A stretch of 64,000 bases of DNA. It comes from a virus. This document shows, one piece after another, positions 44,245 through 56,448 of this stretch. The number at the start of each line of letters is the position of its first letter. Position 1 is the first letter of the stretch. The notes beneath the pieces were generated by a model. The model was not told the DNA's origin. It searched no databases and was given only the letters and a program-made list of their open reading frames with translations. The stretch spans positions 1 through 64,000 of the IMG/VR virus record IMGVR_UViG_3300044716_000973, one strand, 5' to 3'. The position numbers were made by a program, and so were the translations under genes.

Positions 44245-47200
44245 ATGGCTCTGCAAACAGACCTAAACGTATTTCCATATTACGACGACTACGATCCGAC
44301 AAAGAACTTTTATCGTGTTCTTTTCCGTCCAGGCGTAGCTGTTCAGGCACGTGAGCTGAATCAACTCCAGAGTATTCTGCAAAACCAAGTTGAGAAGTTT
44401 GGCGATAACATCTTTAAGCGTGGTACAATCATTGAAGGTTGTAACATTATTCGCCACGATGTTCTTCCTTATGTAAAGATTAAAGACACAGAAGCCGATG
44501 GAACACCTATTTCTGTTACTGCTTTTGAAGGCATGTCTGTACGTAACAGTTCAAACGTAGCTGGACATATTGTGAAGACCGTTGCTGGATTCGAATCACG
44601 TTCTCCAGATCTAAATACTCTTTATGTAAAATACAATTCATCTGGTTCAGATTCGAATACATTTACATTTGCTGCAGGTCAAACTCTTACTGTATATAGC
44701 CCACTCTATCCAATCTTTAAGACACGAGTAAATAACGGTTCAACGTTGTTTAGTAATACTGATGGTGTAGTAGTTGTTTCAGCTCTTGCTGTACAAAACT
44801 CAACCGGTGGTAAAACATTCGCACCCGGTTCATTTTCAGCAGGCCATACAATTCAAAACGGTGTAGCCAATCTTGTTATTATATCAACAGATGCTACTAC
44901 AAATACAGAAGCTCTTATTCTAAAAGTTAGACCGTATGCAAACAATCTTGCTGACGGTACTGCTAATACTACATTATGGCGTGTTGGTGTTGGTGAAACC
45001 ATTCGCAACACAACTGCGCCATTTGCTACTGCAAACGTTGTAGCACTAATTGGTACAGGTGCAGCTGGATCTCTAGTAACAGATGCTTCACGTAAAATCA
45101 CTTCGATCTCTGTTACCAGTCAGGGTACAGGATATTATGTACCACCACACGTAACAGTAATGAAGCAATCTACATCAGCTCTGTCTGCGACAGAAATTGG
45201 TGATCTAGATGTTGAAGCTCTTAACTACATGGCAACAATTACTGTTGCAAACACAGCACAAATTCCAATTGGTACTGGTTACGGTGTAACTGTTGATGAA
45301 GGTACTATTTACCAGAAGGGATTCTTCTCCAGAGTATCTCCACAGCTAGCAGTTGTAAGTAAGTATTCCAACACGAACTTTGATAAGTCAGTTGGATTCT
45401 ATACTGCAGAGGATATTATTGATAGCAATGAAGATACATCACTTCTTGATAACGCTACTGGCACTTATAACTACGCAGCTCCTGGTGCTGATCGTCTTAA
45501 GCTAACTCCAGAACTTCGCGTTCTTGATAAGGAAGTTGCAGATGCAAATACTGACTTCCTTCCAATCATCGAGTTTGCTGATGGTCGTCCATATAAGAAG
45601 AACCTAACAACTGTATATAATGTAATTGGCAACGAGATTGCTAAAAGAACATATGAAGAATCTGGTAACTATGTTCTAGATCAGTTCATTGTAAATGTAA
45701 GCGATTCTAAGACTTTCTCTGAAACAGAGACTTCATTTAAAATGGCAGTTGATCCGGGTAAAGCTTATATCAATGGCTTCAGAGTTGAAACAGGTGAATA
45801 TAGCACAAGCATTGCTAAGGGTGTTGCAACATCAAATAATCCTGCCGCAAGAATTCGTCTTGGATACGGCAACTATGTTCGTGTAAAAGAACTTGGCGGA
45901 AACTTTTCTTTCAATGAAGGTGCCAAAGTTGATCTTCAAGGATCTGCTGCTACGTACATTACAACCGGTGTACCAGCCGGTAGTGCAATTGCTGCTCCAG
46001 GAACAAAGCTCGGAGAAGCAAGAATTCGTTCTATCACACTTGAAACAGGTGAAGTTGGATCGCCGAATGCTGTATATAGACTCTATCTTTTTGATGTTGT
46101 CATGGAAGCCGGCAAAAACTTTGGTCTTGTTCGCTCAATATATTACGGTGGAACAAACAAGGGTATTGCTGACGTAGTACTAAGTGATAGTGGTGCAGCT
46201 ATTCTAGAAGATTCGGCTGGTACTTCTCTACTATATAGTTCTGTTCCTGCTATGCAAACAGCAGAAAGAATTACATACACATATAGAACCATTAATAGTG
46301 AAGAAGAAGCACTTACAAACGGCGAAATCACATTAAATCTTGGGTCGGGTGAAACTTTCCCGTATACTGGAGTTCTTGGCGATTCAGCAAAGAAAGAACT
46401 GCTAGTTATTCCTAAAGGAAACTATCAGGCACAAGCAAACGCATCAGGAACAATTTCTATTGGTGCCGGTGCTGACACCGCAAATCTTCAAGTTGCTGGT
46501 GCAGGTGGTACTAACTTCTTAAATGTGTTTAGTGCTGGCGACTTTGTTAAGTTCTTGAACAGCTCGGGCGGTAATGAAGTTATTAGACAAGTTGCTCAGG
46601 TAACTGGTGCGTCTTCAATGATTCTTACTTCGGGTCCTGGTCAAACATATTCTGGCGGTTCAGTAAAGCTTTACTATCCAGCCAATGTTCCAATTTCGCT
46701 AACTAGCAAAATAACTCGCACAGCAACTGTTACATCGCCAAGCACTATGGTTATTGCTCTAGCAAATACCATTGCTAATGCGAGTACCGGAAGTTCTACA
46801 TCTGCTGACATGATGGTTGTCTATAATGCAACTAGAAATAATATTGCATCAGCAGTAAAAGTCGTAACTCGCTCAATTTATACACGTGCTGTTTGTTCAA
46901 ATAATGCTGGTGGTACTCGTGGCCCTTGGGCACTTGGTGTTTCTGATGCTTTCCGTCTAAGAAAAGTATATGTAGCAAATGGCCAGTCAAGAGCTCTGAA
47001 CTTCAATGCTAATACTGGCATCATAAACTCTGGTACTCAAACTGCGTTTATTCAGATATCCAACAACCCATTTGCAAATGGTGATTCGGTAGTCTACGCT
47101 GATAGTACAACAACAGTTACCAACCTTACAGATGCTGAAACATACTATGCCGTATACGCTAATACAAGCGGTATGGCTCTTGCTTCTGCTCGTGGTGGAG

Positions 47201-49569
47201 CAAATATCCAACTAGGAGCAACTACAACATCAGAAAACCACACACTTACAGGCCAACCAGTATTCTTTACTGGAAATACCTATGGTGTATCTGATGTTAC
47301 GAACGACTTCTACATTGATATTAATCAAAAGGAAGACTATCTAGATACTTCTTATCTATATAGAAAACCTCGTGCAGCTGAACTTGTATCGAATGATATT
47401 CTACTTGTACAGTATGATGTGTTTACCGGCGGTGAGGCAGGTGTTAAAACTATCAGTTCTTATACAGTCGATGACTCATTAGACTTTGCAGCGCTATCTG
47501 CTTCTGAAAGTGTGCACACAATGGAAATCCCAGAAGTTCTGGGAACCAGCGGCAAGTACTATGATCTGCGTGATCAGTATGACTTCCGTCCACGCTCTGC
47601 AAATACAATTAAACTGGTTACAGACATTTCTAATGTGCCAGCTGGAGCAAATGCTCTATCTATTATTAATCCATCTGAACCAAGTTCTTCAAATCGATTC
47701 ATAGCAGGTGAAAAATATTTCCCTGTGCCAGATACAGATCTAACTGCTAACATTGTATATTGTCTAGGCAGATCAGATCGTGTTGTTGTAGATAGCAACG
47801 GAGACTTTGTTGTTCGTGCTGGTAAGAATGGCGCACAGGATGAAATTCCACCAGAGCCACAAAACAGCATTACACTGCAAATTCTTAAGATTCCACCTTA
47901 TCCTTCTCTGCCAGAATCAAAATCTGCAGACATGGCTAAGATTATTGATACTAAGGTTGCTAACGAATCATTCGGAAGAAGAGTTAAGAACTATACCGTA
48001 ACTCAACTTATTAGTGCAACTGATCGTTCACGTATCCAAGTCAAGGGATACAAGATGACTGATATCGCTTCTCTTGAGAATCGTATCAAAACTCTTGAAT
48101 ACTACGTATCATTTACGTTGGCTGAAGCTCTTGCAAAAGCAAGATATATTCCTTCGTCACTTGACTCACTAAACGATCGCTTCCGCTTCGGTTTCTTTGT
48201 AGATCCATTTACAGATTATAACTATTCTGATCTTGGAAATCCTGAGTACTATGGTACAATTAAGGAAGATCAACTTGGTCCTAAGCTAACCGAACTGAAT
48301 CTTGAATTCAAACCAGAAGACAATTCAACTGGTATTGTAACTCTTCCATACAATGAATTCACAATCGTGGCTCAAAATGATGCTACCGATGGTGCTGTGA
48401 TTACATCTGGACCAGTTGAAGTTCTAGTAGTTACTCAGAAAACTGAAGTTGCTATTCAGTCTCAGCGTAGTACAGCTCGCAGCGACAACGGCTCGGTATA
48501 TGAAGAATTCTTCTATACATTCAGCAGTCTAACAGGACCTGTTGAATTCTATGTTAATAGCCGTGATAATAACATAGCTCTTGAAGTATTCCAGTCAACA
48601 ACTTCTGGTGGTACTTATGTTACGACATATACATCAGCAGCTGCCGAAACAATTACAAATGCTGATATCTCTACCAAGGGTCTTAGCATTCTAAACGATG
48701 GCAGAAAGATCGAAAACCCAGGTTCTATAACACGTAAGTCTTATGGACCAGTTGGTGGTTTCGTTGAAGATAAGTTTAAGCTTCTTTGGACACACAATCC
48801 AAACGATGGTATTTACTATAAGCTTCGTGTTTATAAGGGTAAGAACCATGGTGGCCAAGGAAAATCTGGAACTTATGGATTTAAGCTTTATTATCCGTCG
48901 GATGTGGTAACTACTGAAACACGTATCGTTCCAAATCCTGCGAACTTTGATTACACTGGTGTTGTTCATACAATTTCACCAGCTGAATTCACAATCACTC
49001 TGTCAACAAACTATATGAATGATATCTTTGGCTCGGTTGCAATTGGTGAGTTTATCTCTGATGCACAGAAATTCTCAATTTCTATTACGGGTCTGAAGCC
49101 AAATACATATCACAAGTTTATGTTTGAAGGCGAAGATCAGACATCGAAGTGCGCACAGTCAAGAACGTCGACCACAAATACAACCGGTCTTCTGGCAGAT
49201 ATGAATGGTACTCTAAACTTTGATTTCTACTATGATGCAGGAATCAACGAAGCTACTACTGATCTTGAGCAACAGAATAAGCTTGCTGCATCGAAAGCTG
49301 GTGTGAAGGTATTTACAGTTCAGTCGTACGATGGTAACTCGAAGACAACAGGATCTATTGGTGTTAAATACTACACAGGCCTACCATTTGGATTCGATCA
49401 ACCAATCACACTGAATACATCACAAACTGCTACACAAGCTGCTACATCAGATAGAGCAACTACATCAGCAATTCCTGCTGGATTTAGTTCACAATCAATT
49501 CATGACGCTATTGATAACAATAACGTTCGTATTTTTGATTGGGATACTGTGAATGAGCGTCTTCGCTAA
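44245..49569 (+). CDS. VrlC-like (DUF4815-type) large virion structural protein
   Basis: PYYDDY..KNFYRVLFRPG.AVQARELNQLQ, APGADRLK, RTYEESGNY, GFFVDPF. Confidence 0.88.
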   Translation: MALQTDLNVFPYYDDYDPTKNFYRVLFRPGVAVQARELNQLQSILQNQVEKFGDNIFKRGTIIEGCNIIRHDVLPYVKIKDTEADGTPISVTAFEGMSVRNSSNVAGHIVKTVAGFESRSPDLNTLYVKYNSSGSDSNTFTFAAGQTLTVYSPLYPIFKTRVNNGSTLFSNTDGVVVVSALAVQNSTGGKTFAPGSFSAGHTIQNGVANLVIISTDATTNTEALILKVRPYANNLADGTANTTLWRVGVGETIRNTTAPFATANVVALIGTGAAGSLVTDASRKITSISVTSQGTGYYVPPHVTVMKQSTSALSATEIGDLDVEALNYMATITVANTAQIPIGTGYGVTVDEGTIYQKGFFSRVSPQLAVVSKYSNTNFDKSVGFYTAEDIIDSNEDTSLLDNATGTYNYAAPGADRLKLTPELRVLDKEVADANTDFLPIIEFADGRPYKKNLTTVYNVIGNEIAKRTYEESGNYVLDQFIVNVSDSKTFSETETSFKMAVDPGKAYINGFRVETGEYSTSIAKGVATSNNPAARIRLGYGNYVRVKELGGNFSFNEGAKVDLQGSAATYITTGVPAGSAIAAPGTKLGEARIRSITLETGEVGSPNAVYRLYLFDVVMEAGKNFGLVRSIYYGGTNKGIADVVLSDSGAAILEDSAGTSLLYSSVPAMQTAERITYTYRTINSEEEALTNGEITLNLGSGETFPYTGVLGDSAKKELLVIPKGNYQAQANASGTISIGAGADTANLQVAGAGGTNFLNVFSAGDFVKFLNSSGGNEVIRQVAQVTGASSMILTSGPGQTYSGGSVKLYYPANVPISLTSKITRTATVTSPSTMVIALANTIANASTGSSTSADMMVVYNATRNNIASAVKVVTRSIYTRAVCSNNAGGTRGPWALGVSDAFRLRKVYVANGQSRALNFNANTGIINSGTQTAFIQISNNPFANGDSVVYADSTTTVTNLTDAETYYAVYANTSGMALASARGGANIQLGATTTSENHTLTGQPVFFTGNTYGVSDVTNDFYIDINQKEDYLDTSYLYRKPRAAELVSNDILLVQYDVFTGGEAGVKTISSYTVDDSLDFAALSASESVHTMEIPEVLGTSGKYYDLRDQYDFRPRSANTIKLVTDISNVPAGANALSIINPSEPSSSNRFIAGEKYFPVPDTDLTANIVYCLGRSDRVVVDSNGDFVVRAGKNGAQDEIPPEPQNSITLQILKIPPYPSLPESKSADMAKIIDTKVANESFGRRVKNYTVTQLISATDRSRIQVKGYKMTDIASLENRIKTLEYYVSFTLAEALAKARYIPSSLDSLNDRFRFGFFVDPFTDYNYSDLGNPEYYGTIKEDQLGPKLTELNLEFKPEDNSTGIVTLPYNEFTIVAQNDATDGAVITSGPVEVLVVTQKTEVAIQSQRSTARSDNGSVYEEFFYTFSSLTGPVEFYVNSRDNNIALEVFQSTTSGGTYVTTYTSAAAETITNADISTKGLSILNDGRKIENPGSITRKSYGPVGGFVEDKFKLLWTHNPNDGIYYKLRVYKGKNHGGQGKSGTYGFKLYYPSDVVTTETRIVPNPANFDYTGVVHTISPAEFTITLSTNYMNDIFGSVAIGEFISDAQKFSISITGLKPNTYHKFMFEGEDQTSKCAQSRTSTTNTTGLLADMNGTLNFDFYYDAGINEATTDLEQQNKLAASKAGVKVFTVQSYDGNSKTTGSIGVKYYTGLPFGFDQPITLNTSQTATQAATSDRATTSAIPAGFSSQSIHDAIDNNNVRIFDWDTVNERLR

Positions 49570-49600
49570 GAATAAATAAAGAAAAGATTAAGAGGAATTA

Positions 49601-51709
49601 ATGTCGACATTTGACTACATCCAAACATTCTATGTAAATCCTGATACGGTTGCTAGCGCTTCTGAAATCATGTTGACTTCCGTAGATCTATTCTTTAAGG
49701 CTAAGCCTGCGCAAAATGCAAACGTGAGTGGTGCTTTTAAACCAGGCATCAACGTTTGGATTTGCGAAGTAGAAAACGGAGATCCTAATCCGAATCGCGT
49801 GCTTGTGAATTCGGTAAAATCAATCGACTATGATTCTGTTAACATTAGTAATGATGCACAGACACCAACGGTTGTTGGATTTTCAAATCCAGTTTTAATT
49901 AAATCTGCACGGTTCTATGGCATTGTTATTAAGTATAACGATCCAGCATATGACATCTGGACCAATGTTCAGGGAGATAGACTGGTAGGAGCAGGCGGTG
50001 TAACTAATACTGCTTCACCAGGTTCACAGTCACGCTTTGATGGTTTCCTTTATAAGGCAACTAATTCAAGTAGCTATGACAAGTTTAGTAATAAAGATCT
50101 TAAGTTCAGTGTAAAGGTTGCACAATTTAATTCTGATAATATTACTATTCCACTTGTGAATAAAGACTATGAGTTCTTTACAATTGATCGAACAACAGTT
50201 GGAGCTATTGCAAGCGGCGAATATGTTTATCAAAACATTGCAGATGCTGCTGATATTACAGTTAACGTTTCTTCAACAAGCAATACAATTGTAAGAGCAT
50301 CTGGAACTGGAGTATTCTCCAACTATAGCATCAATGATAAAATTGTAGTTACTAACGGTTCAGTAAGAAATGTTCTTACAATTACAAACGTTATTGATGC
50401 TACTACTATGACTGTTGATAAATTCCCAAGCTTTACTGCTACTGGAATTGGACTTAAAGTTCCACCAGTCGGTGTTGCATATTATGTCGACTACACCAAG
50501 AATAAGATTTATCTTGTTGATTCTAATGCCGCAAATAGTGATTTTAAGTTTGTCACTGGTACAAGAATTATTGCAGAAAGATCTGGTGCTTCGGCAAACG
50601 TAGCTTCAATTGATAAATTCAAAGTTGATAACTTTCAACCGAAGTTCCTGATTGGTAATCCTACAACATCTGACTACTCGATGGTGTATGCAATTGCTAA
50701 CTCTACAGATTACATACCTGCAACGACAGACAATCTTGAGCTTTTGAAGTTTAATAATCCTCCAAGAGAATCATACATTCTTTCACGATCACTTGAAGTA
50801 ATCAACTCGAATCTGTTCGGTACCGAAAGAAAGTCAGCAGTTGTTAACGTAAGCTTTAATGTTGCGGTTGCTGAAGCAAATAGATTCTCTGTTCCTTATC
50901 TAAAGACGAACGAGCTTGATTTCTTCTTCTATCAAAATGATATCAATAATACCATTACTGCAACACGTGGCAGTATTACGAATTATGATACAGAAGTTGA
51001 TCGCAACGGTCTTGCTAAAACCAAGTACATCTCTAAGAAGATCTCATTTGGTGAAGGTAAGTATGCTGAAGACGTTGTAGTTTATCTGGCTGGTTATCGT
51101 CCATCTGGTACTCAGATTAAAGCTTATGCCAAGTTGCATAATTCTGCTGATAAAGATGCATTTGATGACAAAGCATGGACTCCGCTAGAGCTAAAGAATA
51201 ATACTGATAGATACAGCACAGAAGATCCAAAGGATATCTGGGAATACACTTATGGTCTTCCACAATATCCTGAAGTTCATGCTAGTTTATCTGGCAACTT
51301 CTTGACAACAAGCAGCAGTAACAATATCGTTACAACAGCTGATGTATCTTCAACTCTTGCAACTGGCGATCTAATCAGAATATACAGTATTCTTACTCCA
51401 CAGAATCATGAAGTGTTTCCAGTAGCTACTGTAACGGCGCCGGCATCTCCAGGTGCAACCGGCTCCATCACCGTCTTTAAACCAATTACAAATGCTAATA
51501 TTGTAGGTGATGTTGGTATTGAGAAGCTAAAATACAAGAACGTTGCTTGGAATAATATTGCCAACGATAACGTTGCTCGCTATGTAACTTCTTCTTATAC
51601 AGAGTTTGATACGTATAACACAATGCAGATTAAGATTGTTCTTCTTTCTGAGAACACTCACGTTGTTCCGAAGGTAGAGCAAATCCAAGTGATTGGAGTC
51701 TCTGCATAA
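49601..51709 (+). CDS. Virion structural protein resembling the VrlC C-terminal part
   Basis: QTFYV, TSVDLFF, DLKF, KYISKKI, QIKIVL. Confidence 0.75.
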   Translation: MSTFDYIQTFYVNPDTVASASEIMLTSVDLFFKAKPAQNANVSGAFKPGINVWICEVENGDPNPNRVLVNSVKSIDYDSVNISNDAQTPTVVGFSNPVLIKSARFYGIVIKYNDPAYDIWTNVQGDRLVGAGGVTNTASPGSQSRFDGFLYKATNSSSYDKFSNKDLKFSVKVAQFNSDNITIPLVNKDYEFFTIDRTTVGAIASGEYVYQNIADAADITVNVSSTSNTIVRASGTGVFSNYSINDKIVVTNGSVRNVLTITNVIDATTMTVDKFPSFTATGIGLKVPPVGVAYYVDYTKNKIYLVDSNAANSDFKFVTGTRIIAERSGASANVASIDKFKVDNFQPKFLIGNPTTSDYSMVYAIANSTDYIPATTDNLELLKFNNPPRESYILSRSLEVINSNLFGTERKSAVVNVSFNVAVAEANRFSVPYLKTNELDFFFYQNDINNTITATRGSITNYDTEVDRNGLAKTKYISKKISFGEGKYAEDVVVYLAGYRPSGTQIKAYAKLHNSADKDAFDDKAWTPLELKNNTDRYSTEDPKDIWEYTYGLPQYPEVHASLSGNFLTTSSSNNIVTTADVSSTLATGDLIRIYSILTPQNHEVFPVATVTAPASPGATGSITVFKPITNANIVGDVGIEKLKYKNVAWNNIANDNVARYVTSSYTEFDTYNTMQIKIVLLSENTHVVPKVEQIQVIGVSA

Positions 51710-51918
51710 TGTTAGTTGATACAAATCATCCAGGGTATGTAAAAGATACTGACTCTGGCGTTATCATAAATAACAATGAAGAAGAATATAAGAAGTTCTT
51801 AGCTGCAAGAGAAGCAAGCAAAAGAAACAACAGTTTGTGCAAGAGAATGACTGATGTTGAAAATGAATTACGTGATATCAAGTCTTTGCTCGTGCAGTTA
51901 GTACACAGGAATAATTAA
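51709..51918 (+). CDS. Small coiled-coil protein
   Basis: KDTDSGVIINNN...ELRDIKSLL; coupled on both sides. Confidence 0.8.
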   Translation: MLVDTNHPGYVKDTDSGVIINNNEEEYKKFLAAREASKRNNSLCKRMTDVENELRDIKSLLVQLVHRNN

Positions 51919-54230
51919 TGTCAAGACAAGTAGCTAACGTTGATATCATTACTGATAGCTTTGAAGTTTGGTTGCTCCAGACTAACGAGCTGCTGAATTC
52001 TTTTTCGACCGAAATTATTACTGCAAACACTACTGTTGCTAACACCGGTAATAATACTATTGCTCGTACCGCTCAGCTTTGGGGTACATTCGGTTCGAAT
52101 AACGTTGTAGTTACTACGGCGCTTCGTGGTGGTAATGTTAATGGTCTTTCTGCTAACCTTGTCATCACTACTAATGCTACAGCTTACGTTGCTGCAGACG
52201 CCGGTATTCGTGTTCTTGCCGGAAACAGCACCTCGAACAGCTACCTGAATCCAGTTGGTGTTTACCTTGGCTTAGGATCTGCTAATTCCTTTGTAAACAG
52301 TAGTCTGATTATAACACAATCTAGCAGTACTGTCAACACGAATATTACACCAACACGCATTCAAGTTGCAGATGCTACAACCACAGCAAACATGACTGCG
52401 AACGCTTTTAGTACTGGTCTGTTTGTTGCCAATACTACTATGGTAGCCATTGGTGCAAATGTCTTTGCAAATGCTACAACGATAGTTGTTGCCAACAGTT
52501 CATTCGACAGTAAGTTTGGTAACGGTTCTTGGTCTGGTATTGCTAATCTAGTAATTACACCAACCAACTACCTGATAATTTCTGGTGCTGCTAATGTAAC
52601 ATCAAATGCTAACTTTGCAAATACGATTGTTGTAACTGGTAATGCTACATTATCCAATACACTAGCTGTAACAGGCAACGTTACATTATCGAACACTCTA
52701 GCCATAACTGGCAATGCTACTTTGTCAAACACTATTGCTGTGACAGGTAATGCTACATTCTCAAATGCCGTTGCTATCACAGGTAATGCTACATTCTCAA
52801 ACACAATTGCTGTTACTGGCAATGCCACATTATCCAACACACTAACAGTAGTTGGTCTAGCAAATGCTTCTGGCAATGTAAATACAACAACAGTGAATGC
52901 AAACGTTTCGATGAATGTCGGCGCTAACGTAAATCTTTCAAATACAAGAATTACGGTAGGTACCGGTAGTGTTAATACATTCATTACAGCCACTGCAATC
53001 GAAACCGATGGTACATTAACAGTTGCTGATGCTGCTACATTATCTAATACATTGGCGGTTACTAATACTACAACACTATCAAATACACTAACTGTTGCCG
53101 GTCTTGCATCACTAAATGCTGCACTAAATACCACAACTGCAAATGCTTCTGTCGCTGTGAATGTTGGCGCCAATGTCAATCTTACATTAGATAGATTTAA
53201 TGTTGGCAATAATAGTGTTAATACATTCATTACAGCCACTGCGATCGAGACAGACGGCACACTTACCGTTTTTGGTGCTACTGCATTATCTAACACACTT
53301 GGTGTAACCGGTCTAACCACTCTTTCTGGTAACCTAAACACTACAACAGCAAATGCTTCGGTTGGAATCAATGTTGGTGCTAACGTAAATCTTTCAAATA
53401 CAAGAATTACAGTCGGTACTAGTTCTGAGAATACGTTCATTACAGCTACCGGTATTGAAACTGATGGTACTCTATCGGTTGCTAATACTACAACACTATC
53501 AAATACGTTGAGTGTAACTGGTGCAGCTACATTCTCAAACACTATTAGTGTAACAAATACCGCTACGTTCTCAAATACGATTACGGTTACCGGCGCAGCC
53601 AGCTTTGGAAACACAATTGCTGTAACTAATTCTGCTACACTATCAAATACACTGGGTGTAACCGGATTAAGTACTCTTTCTGGTGGCATGAATACCACGA
53701 CAGCAAATGCATCAGTTGCAATGAATGTTGGTGCCAATGTTAATCTTACATTAACAAGAATTACAGTAGGTACCGGCAGTGTTAATACATTCATTACATC
53801 CACTGCAATTGAAACTGATGGAACCCTTGGTGTTCTTGGTGCAACAACACTATCAAACACTGTTACAATTGGTGGAACTACTACATTCAAATCAGATTAT
53901 GTAGTTGATGTATCTGCAAATGGTGATATTGGAAACGTAATTGGACCAGTGCTAATCTATACATTCACTAAAGCAACATATTCATCGGCCAAGTTTGAAG
54001 TTCAAGTAAAGAAAGGTAGTAACACCCAGCTTTCTGAACTTGTGCTTGCTCATAATGGTACCACCGATGCATATGTGACTGTCTATGGTACAGTTGCTTC
54101 AAATGGTGCCGCATCTCCTCTTGGAACATTTGTAGCAAATACTGGTTCTTCAGATACCAATGTGAATTTATATCTTCAACAAACCGTTGCAAATTCCGCG
54201 GTTAAAGTTATAGCTCATCTAATTAAGTAA
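51918..54230 (+). CDS. Fibre-like structural protein with 12-aa ([12 protein letters not shown]) and longer repeats
   Basis: Asn/Thr/Ser/Ala-rich tandem repeats; C-terminal [10 protein letters not shown] domain. Confidence 0.8.
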   Translation: MSRQVANVDIITDSFEVWLLQTNELLNSFSTEIITANTTVANTGNNTIARTAQLWGTFGSNNVVVTTALRGGNVNGLSANLVITTNATAYVAADAGIRVLAGNSTSNSYLNPVGVYLGLGSANSFVNSSLIITQSSSTVNTNITPTRIQVADATTTANMTANAFSTGLFVANTTMVAIGANVFANATTIVVANSSFDSKFGNGSWSGIANLVITPTNYLIISGAANVTSNANFANTIVVTGNATLSNTLAVTGNVTLSNTLAITGNATLSNTIAVTGNATFSNAVAITGNATFSNTIAVTGNATLSNTLTVVGLANASGNVNTTTVNANVSMNVGANVNLSNTRITVGTGSVNTFITATAIETDGTLTVADAATLSNTLAVTNTTTLSNTLTVAGLASLNAALNTTTANASVAVNVGANVNLTLDRFNVGNNSVNTFITATAIETDGTLTVFGATALSNTLGVTGLTTLSGNLNTTTANASVGINVGANVNLSNTRITVGTSSENTFITATGIETDGTLSVANTTTLSNTLSVTGAATFSNTISVTNTATFSNTITVTGAASFGNTIAVTNSATLSNTLGVTGLSTLSGGMNTTTANASVAMNVGANVNLTLTRITVGTGSVNTFITSTAIETDGTLGVLGATTLSNTVTIGGTTTFKSDYVVDVSANGDIGNVIGPVLIYTFTKATYSSAKFEVQVKKGSNTQLSELVLAHNGTTDAYVTVYGTVASNGAASPLGTFVANTGSSDTNVNLYLQQTVANSAVKVIAHLIK
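52600..53870 (+). repeat. Coding tandem repeats: 36-bp units plus four longer units (..[20 protein letters not shown]..)
   Basis: Seen directly in DNA and protein; boundaries approximate. Confidence 0.85.
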
Positions 54231-54237
54231 GGTTGAC

Positions 54238-55539
54238 ATGGCAAACACTAATTTTAAAGTAGATAATGGATTATTAGTAAACGGTGATTCTACATTTACT
54301 TCAAATGTAGAAATTACACAGCACATGAGAATTCGTCAGACTCTCGCAGTCAACGGTTCGCTAGAGGTTGTAGGAAACCTTACATTTAGTAATACAGAGA
54401 TCAGCGGTGAGTTGATCCCGAATGCAAATGGTGTCCTACTTGGTAATACAACGAGAACATTCACGGTATCTGCCGACAATCTAAGTCTTTCAAACTCTAT
54501 TATTAATGCCAACGGAACAACAATTAATATTCGTGCCGGTGATGGTATTATTGCAAACGCAACAGGTTTGATTGTAAACGCTACTTCTATCTCTAATGGT
54601 ATTTTGAACATTGGTCAAGGTGGCACAAATGGATCAACACGTGCCGCTGCCATAAACAATCTTCTTCCAGCTCAAGGCAGTGCAACCGGGTTCTTCCTAA
54701 GAACAGATGGTACCAACGTATCATGGATAAGCGGCATTGGACCACAGGGTGCTACTGGGGCTCAAGGTCCGACTGGCGCCCAAGGACCGGTTGGCGCACA
54801 GGGACCAATTGGCTTTACAGGATCACAAGGTGCTACTGGAGCTCAAGGAGCTCAGGGCCCATCTGGTGCTACAGTTCAAGGTCCGGCTGGCGCTACTGTT
54901 CAGGGTCCAGTAGGATTTACAGGATCACAAGGTATCACTGGAGCACAAGGACCTTCTGGGGCTACTGTACAAGGTCCTCCCGGTGTTACTGTTCAGGGTC
55001 CAGTAGGATTTGTCGGATCTACCGGACCAATGGGTCCAATGGGACCAACAGGTCCTCAAGGCTCTACAGGACCAATGGGTCCAATCGGACCAATGGGACC
55101 AACAGGTCCTCAAGGTGCAATAGGTCCTATGGGTCCAATAGGTCCACAAGGTCCAGCAGGCGCAACAGTTCAAGGTCCTCCTGGTGCTACGGTTCAAGGA
55201 CCGACTGGACCACAAGGACCTTCTGGTTCTACCGTGCAAGGACCAGCCGGACCTCCAGGACCTCCAGGATCTACTGTTCAGGGTCCCGCAGGACCTCCAG
55301 GCGCTACTGTTCAAGGTCCAGCTGGACCTCCTGGTGCTACTGTGCAAGGACCTGCTGGTCCTCCTGGTGCTACTGTACAAGGACCTGCTGGACCTCCAGG
55401 ACCTCCAGGAAGTAATGCGACAGCGGGCGCGCCACTTCTGCGTCACGTAACATCAGGTTATACTGGCGGTGGACAGGTGTTTGTGCAGGGTCCACAACCA
55501 TCAGCATCAGCAACTGGCGATATCTGGATTCAAATCTAA
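54238..55539 (+). CDS. Collagen-like fibre protein
   Basis: Gly-X-Y tract at ~54735-55410 with GPP/GPQ/GPM triplets and GATVQG interruptions; ends GDIWIQI. Confidence 0.9.
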   Translation: MANTNFKVDNGLLVNGDSTFTSNVEITQHMRIRQTLAVNGSLEVVGNLTFSNTEISGELIPNANGVLLGNTTRTFTVSADNLSLSNSIINANGTTINIRAGDGIIANATGLIVNATSISNGILNIGQGGTNGSTRAAAINNLLPAQGSATGFFLRTDGTNVSWISGIGPQGATGAQGPTGAQGPVGAQGPIGFTGSQGATGAQGAQGPSGATVQGPAGATVQGPVGFTGSQGITGAQGPSGATVQGPPGVTVQGPVGFVGSTGPMGPMGPTGPQGSTGPMGPIGPMGPTGPQGAIGPMGPIGPQGPAGATVQGPPGATVQGPTGPQGPSGSTVQGPAGPPGPPGSTVQGPAGPPGATVQGPAGPPGATVQGPAGPPGATVQGPAGPPGPPGSNATAGAPLLRHVTSGYTGGGQVFVQGPQPSASATGDIWIQI

Positions 55540-56105
55540 TGGCAATGCACTATTGGAACGGATCATCATGGGCAATAGTTAATAACTCAAATACTGGTGA
55601 TCTTACGTATGAAGATGCTGGCGCGGTTTTTCGTATTTGGAATGGTTCAGAATGGTTATATACAACCAACGCTAAAGTTTATAATGGAAGTACTTGGAAG
55701 GGGTTTGTCGACCAGGTTCAATTAAGTAACGATGGTGCGTCAAATGTTACTTATGGCGGTGGGGCTGAAGCTTATTGGGCTATATACTCTTCGGGATCTG
55801 TGATTTATAGCCAAGATAATTCTTATTGGGATTATCCATGGATTGTAAACCCAGCTAATTCAAATCAGTACCAGATTTATGTAGATTTTCAGAGCGGGGA
55901 ACCTTTAGAAAATACAAGCGATCCTCTAAATCAATGGTTAGATCTTAGCACTACTCGTGTTTGGAGAGTTTTTGCGAATGAGTTTAATTCGTCAGCTTTT
56001 GCAATTCTTAATGCAGAAATTCGTCATAAAACAACTCAAGTATCAGTTGCAACTAATCAATTTACCTTATACGCAACAACAACAGGAATCCCGGTTCCTC
56101 AATAA
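55539..56105 (+). CDS. Fibre-associated protein (possible tip or receptor-binding subunit)
   Basis: Three WNGS/YNGS..W N-terminal repeats; coupled to the collagen gene. Confidence 0.65.
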   Translation: MAMHYWNGSSWAIVNNSNTGDLTYEDAGAVFRIWNGSEWLYTTNAKVYNGSTWKGFVDQVQLSNDGASNVTYGGGAEAYWAIYSSGSVIYSQDNSYWDYPWIVNPANSNQYQIYVDFQSGEPLENTSDPLNQWLDLSTTRVWRVFANEFNSSAFAILNAEIRHKTTQVSVATNQFTLYATTTGIPVPQ

Positions 56106-56116
56106 GAGAATAACAA

Positions 56117-56446
56117 ATGGCAATTAAGGCAAATTTACAAATCGACCAAGGCGCTGATTTCAGTACAGAAATCGACGTGCTTGATGATGCCGGAGAAGTA
56201 GTAGATCTAACTGGTTATTCCGGTGCAGCACAGATGCGCAAGCACTATACTTCTTCTACGTCAACAGCTTTTAATGTTGCCATTAATGCTTCTGGTGGTA
56301 GTGTTACGTTGTCAATGAATGCTGCAACATCTGCCAACGTAACAGCTGGTAGATATGTTTATGACTGTGAACTGACAAGTTCTGGCAATACAGTCTCTCG
56401 TCTGGTTGAAGGTATTGTAACAGTTACTCCTCAAGTTACGAGGTAA
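56117..56446 (+). CDS. Small virion structural adaptor protein
   Basis: IDQGADF, DLTGYSGAAQMRK, GRYVYD, RLVEGIVTVTP. Confidence 0.8.
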   Translation: MAIKANLQIDQGADFSTEIDVLDDAGEVVDLTGYSGAAQMRKHYTSSTSTAFNVAINASGGSVTLSMNAATSANVTAGRYVYDCELTSSGNTVSRLVEGIVTVTPQVTR

Positions 56447-56448
56447 TC

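Noticed and set aside
52568-53890. 440-aa minus-strand ORF and other long antisense or off-frame ORFs (23448, 25130, 54723, 62328)
   Set aside because: Shadows of repetitive or codon-biased genes on the other strand or frame; no RBS or recognisable motifs.
51918-54230. Enrichment of N-x-S/T glycosylation sequons (about 35 by hand count)
   Set aside because: The protein is so rich in Asn, Ser and Thr that this may be compositional; it needs a shuffle test before use as evidence.
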